From: Novakomyces olei
Lineage: Eukaryota
NCBI GenBank assembly: GCA_016906335.1
Contig: JADEYG010000004.1
Coordinates: 310,001-374,000, forward strand
Direction of reading: 5' to 3'
DNA length: 64,000 nt
Positions within the stretch are counted from its first letter, which is position 1, and each line of letters opens with the position of its first letter. The translations under genes and the position numbers were made by a program. Shown piece by piece: positions 60,471 to 64,000 of the stretch. The notes under the pieces were generated by a model, which was given only the letters and a program-made list of their open reading frames with translations, was not told the DNA's origin and ran no database searches.

Positions 60471-61797
60471 CTATTTGCTTTTCAGACCGAGACGCTCTGC
60501 CTCTGAGCGAATTAAAGCAGGATAACCACTCACTACGCTTTCACTGGTAGGCTCCCAGCCCAATTGGAGCCTTGCTCGCTTTCCCGTTAGAATCGCATTT
60601 GTGCCCCAAATGGCAGCCGCATGGAAGCTGAGAGAATTGGCTTCGTCAGCGGAAATTTCCTCTGTCTCTGGCTTCTCGATATAACCTTGTTCATACGCTT
60701 GTTTTGCGATAGCGCGTCCAATCTCGCCAAATGACTAGAAAACATTAGCATCAAGTGGCAAAAATTCCGTGGTTGCAATAAACTAAAATTTGCAGCGATA
60801 GAGCCCTACAATTTTCTCATTTTCTGGGACATAGATTCCATTGTCGTCCCAAGCATTAGTTTTTTCTGCAATCGCGGAATCTAACAATAAACCAAACAGT
60901 TTGCCCAAGTCGTGAATATGAACAGCACTCCAAACATTTAGACCTTTTCCAATAACTGGTGCTTTTCCTCTTTGCAGGGTCAATTGAGCAATTTCAGGAG
61001 ACTGAATGCTTCGTTTGTTGACAGGGCCTTCACCAGATCCGTGGATAATTGGTCCCACAATCAATGCAGTATGGACTTTAGCCCCGTCTTGATCAATAAT
61101 AAGGTTGTCAACTTTACGGGCAGGATTGCCCTTGATAATTTCCCTGATCTTCTTGGTGTCTTCAATATCATCGTAAGCCTTGTCAGATGCCTCTCCATAT
61201 CGACCAGCAGCAATTTCTTCTGCTGCCACTACCGTGGCCCCAGACATTTGGACCCAGTAGCCTGAATTATCAGACTTTTGCAATAATGTTTACTATTTTT
61301 AATTGACATACCAGGTTTTTCTTTCTCTCGAAGTCCTTGTGCAATAGCAAATGCGCTAGGGAAGTGACCAGCGCTGGCGAGGTCTTTAAAGCTAGCGTAA
61401 GCGCAATGAACGTTGACGGCAATTAAAAGTCAAGCAATTGACAGAGAACGAGGATCCATTTTGATTAACGGAGAAAACAAAGGAAATTAGTATAAATAGC
61501 CAAAATTTTGGACAAAGCAAGTATAGCACATACGGAAAACAACATCAGCGTCCTTTGCTTCTTTGCGAATGATGTCAGTGCTGTCAAGATCGCCGTTCAC
61601 TATTCGCACGTTTGGATAAGCTTTTTGAACCTCATTGGCCTTTTTAAGATCGCGAATAAGGCAGGAGATGGACAGATTTGAAGCCTTTGAGCTGATACTG
61701 TAAAGAGCCTCGCCTCCGATTAGGCCAGTGGCGCCTGTCCTGGTGACGATCAGACTCGGAGTCAAAAGGAATCGACTTACAAGAATACTTTAGTCAT
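60471..61797 (-). CDS. Atypical SDR / NAD-dependent epimerase-dehydratase family
   Basis: MTKVFL | TGATGLIGG, GDLDS, P.IHGSGEG, WSAVHIHDL, LGWEP; several introns; TAG at 60471-60473. Confidence 0.85.
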
Positions 61798-63056
61798 CTC
61801 AGGTATAGAATTGAACTTTGGCAAAGACAAGATAATCAATCTATCTGAAGGAAACTACAGAAGCCTTTATAATGTAAGCAGTATACTTCGATTCGATTGC
61901 ACAAGCTCGCAGACTCGTAGAATTAGCAACTTTTCCCGATTGGCTGATTAATCAATAACAACAGGTCGCGACCGTATTAGTCTGCTTTAGCGGTGGAGAG
62001 TATACATGATATCAGCCTTTCCTTGATAAAATATAATACACTTCGCCCGCCGACATATCAAATAAAATGGTCATAATCACTATCCTAATAATATTAAAAT
62101 GCAGCTTATCTTACTTGTAATATACCGTATCAATGGTCGCTTGAACGCGACGGGGATAATTTCCTATCTAATCGCAGCTCTAAACGATCATTTGGGTTAC
62201 GTGATTGCATCATAATCAAGATTGACTCGTTTTAATCGTCATCGGCAAAAGATTAGTAGAGCTTTCGTGTTGCATTGCACACTTGTATATGGAATTTATA
62301 CAGAAGTACGTTTTCCGCGTCGCGAAATGGCACATACACGTTTCAGTTCTACGACAAGACAGAGTGTGCTAATGAGAGTGCTTGCCTGCTTTACTCTAAA
62401 ATTCATAGTCTTTTTTCGAGCAAAAATTTTAACTTATTAATTGATAAAGCCACCGTGACTAGTTTAATGAACTTTCGAATTGAATTGTAAACCGCTCATA
62501 TTACGCGCAGCATCGAAAGACATTTTACGCTTTGCTTTTTGAAGCATTGTGTGCGTTCTCCACGAGGGCCTCTAATGAAAACAGAAATTGTAGATCGAAA
62601 TCAAACTTGCCCACGTCGTCATCTATCTCATCGTCATCGCTAAACGAACTGCGTTCTGCCGAACTTTGTATTTCAATTGTTTGTGTCTTTTAATTTCTCG
62701 GGCCGGGAACCCGATCAGATCAAATAAATTATGAGCGTAGACGCGATAAGGGGCTCTCATTTATAATGAAACTCCCGATATATCCAAAACGGGAGAGAGA
62801 TGGGCAAAGCGAACAATCGTTTAATAAATTATTTTCATACGGAGACAGTTTTCAGGAATTTAAAAAACAAATCTGTAATATCAGCCGTATATTCATTGTT
62901 GCTAATAATTCAAAAATCATTTAAATTACATTCTTTCGTTGCACTTCAAAGTAGTAATTAGTCAAGTTTCTTCCCTTTCTAATACAAATAACGAATCTTT
63001 AAAATCATTTTTAATACTGATTTAAAAATCTGCCATTATATAGAGGCATCAATAAT

Positions 63057-64000
63057 CTATTTAGCTTTTGCAGCGTCATATTGCTTTTTGTTAACAGGCG
63101 GTGTTACAAACACTCCCTGAGTTAAAAACGCGGTGATGTTCTTCATCGCATTTAACTCAAAATTCACCCATGTATCGACAGCACCACCAGCATTGTGGCA
63201 AGTCATAGAAACATTTCGCATACGCGCAAGTACAGGATTAACATTAGGCTCATCGTAGAAAACGTCCAAGCCAGCTGCTGCCAATTTCCCAGACTCTAGA
63301 GCCTTAATAAGTGCCTTTTCATCGACGGTTCGGCCACGTGACGTATTAATAAGACGTGAGCCCCTTCGCATTACGGCGAGAGCCTTCTCGTCCACAATAT
63401 GATGTGTAAACTTGTTGTACGGGACAGATAATATAACAATCTCAACCGTCTTCAACAAATCATAGAGATCTGAATGAAAAACGGCATTGTACTGATCTTC
63501 AAATTGCTCATCTGCTCTTACAATATCATAATAATGTACCTTGAGACCAAAAGCAGAATGCAGCTTTTTTATCGCAAGCTTTCCGATACTTCCTAATCCC
63601 ACAATTCCCACAGTGAATGAGGAAACGTTACGTGAGATAGGCGGAACATTGTTGTGAGCATCCAGAAATTGGTCCCGATCACAAGATTTTGCTGCCTCTT
63701 GCGACCAAGTGGTATTGCGGCAAACAGATATTAGATGCCAGATCATAAGATCCGAAACAGCATCGTCCGAGCAACTTGCCCCATTGCAATAAAAAATTCC
63801 TTGACGGGCAAGCGCATCTACATCGGCCCAGTTATATCCGGCGCCGGCAGAGGCAAAAATAGAAACAGACCGTGGAAGCAGAGATATCAATTCCTCGTCC
63901 CACATGCCCATCTCATCGCCCGAATTCCAGAAGGGACGGAAAATAGCACTAAAATCGCCAAATTTTTTGGACACCAATGCAGCTTTAAAGGATTCTCTAT
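63057..64000 (-). CDS. D-isomer-specific 2-hydroxyacid dehydrogenase (D-mandelate DH-like), 5' end beyond window
   Basis: FASAGAGYNWADV, VGIVGLGSIG, INTSRG, AGLDVFYDEP, TCHNAG. Confidence 0.9.
   Translation of the reverse strand, partial: RESFKAALVSKKFGDFSAIFRPFWNSGDEMGMWDEELISLLPRSVSIFASAGAGYNWADVDALARQGIFYCNGASCSDDAVSDLMIWHLISVCRNTTWSQEAAKSCDRDQFLDAHNNVPPISRNVSSFTVGIVGLGSIGKLAIKKLHSAFGLKVHYYDIVRADEQFEDQYNAVFHSDLYDLLKTVEIVILSVPYNKFTHHIVDEKALAVMRRGSRLINTSRGRTVDEKALIKALESGKLAAAGLDVFYDEPNVNPVLARMRNVSMTCHNAGGAVDTWVNFELNAMKNITAFLTQGVFVTPPVNKKQYDAAKAK

Noticed and set aside
62525-62690. Minus-strand acidic peptide-like stretch (SDDDEIDDDVGKFDFDL)
   Set aside because: Only ~55 codons, no start codon or convincing upstream exon

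Overview
Eukaryotic, intron-containing fungal (ascomycete) genomic DNA in the standard genetic code. A Pol eta-Eco1 (Eso1-type) fusion, a Pvg1-type pyruvyltransferase, a Dnt1/Net1-type protein and very short introns suggest a Taphrinomycotina-like lineage; this is inference and no species is assigned. Bases ~1-35 kb are gene-dense core genes: MFS transporter end, CAP2, CFT1, Fun30/Fft remodeler, Tos1-like, Eso1, PEX13, G6P 1-epimerase, MMSDH, POB3, Slx9-like, Dnt1/Net1-like and TES1. Their introns, spacers and coding sequences carry many young tandem repeats. Bases ~35-64 kb look accessory, with longer spacers. They hold PTR2, an NRAMP with a rewired metal-binding motif, adjacent LicD-family and Pvg1 glycan-charging enzymes, and a putative catabolic island. 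The island contains an amino-acid permease, a cupin, two pseudogenes (one a possibly bacterial-type adenosine deaminase), an FMN alpha-hydroxy acid oxidase, a ketopantoate reductase-like gene, an SDR and a D-2-hydroxyacid dehydrogenase. Gene models were spliced by eye and family calls come from remembered motifs; no searches were run. No tRNA, rRNA, CRISPR or recognisable transposon was found.
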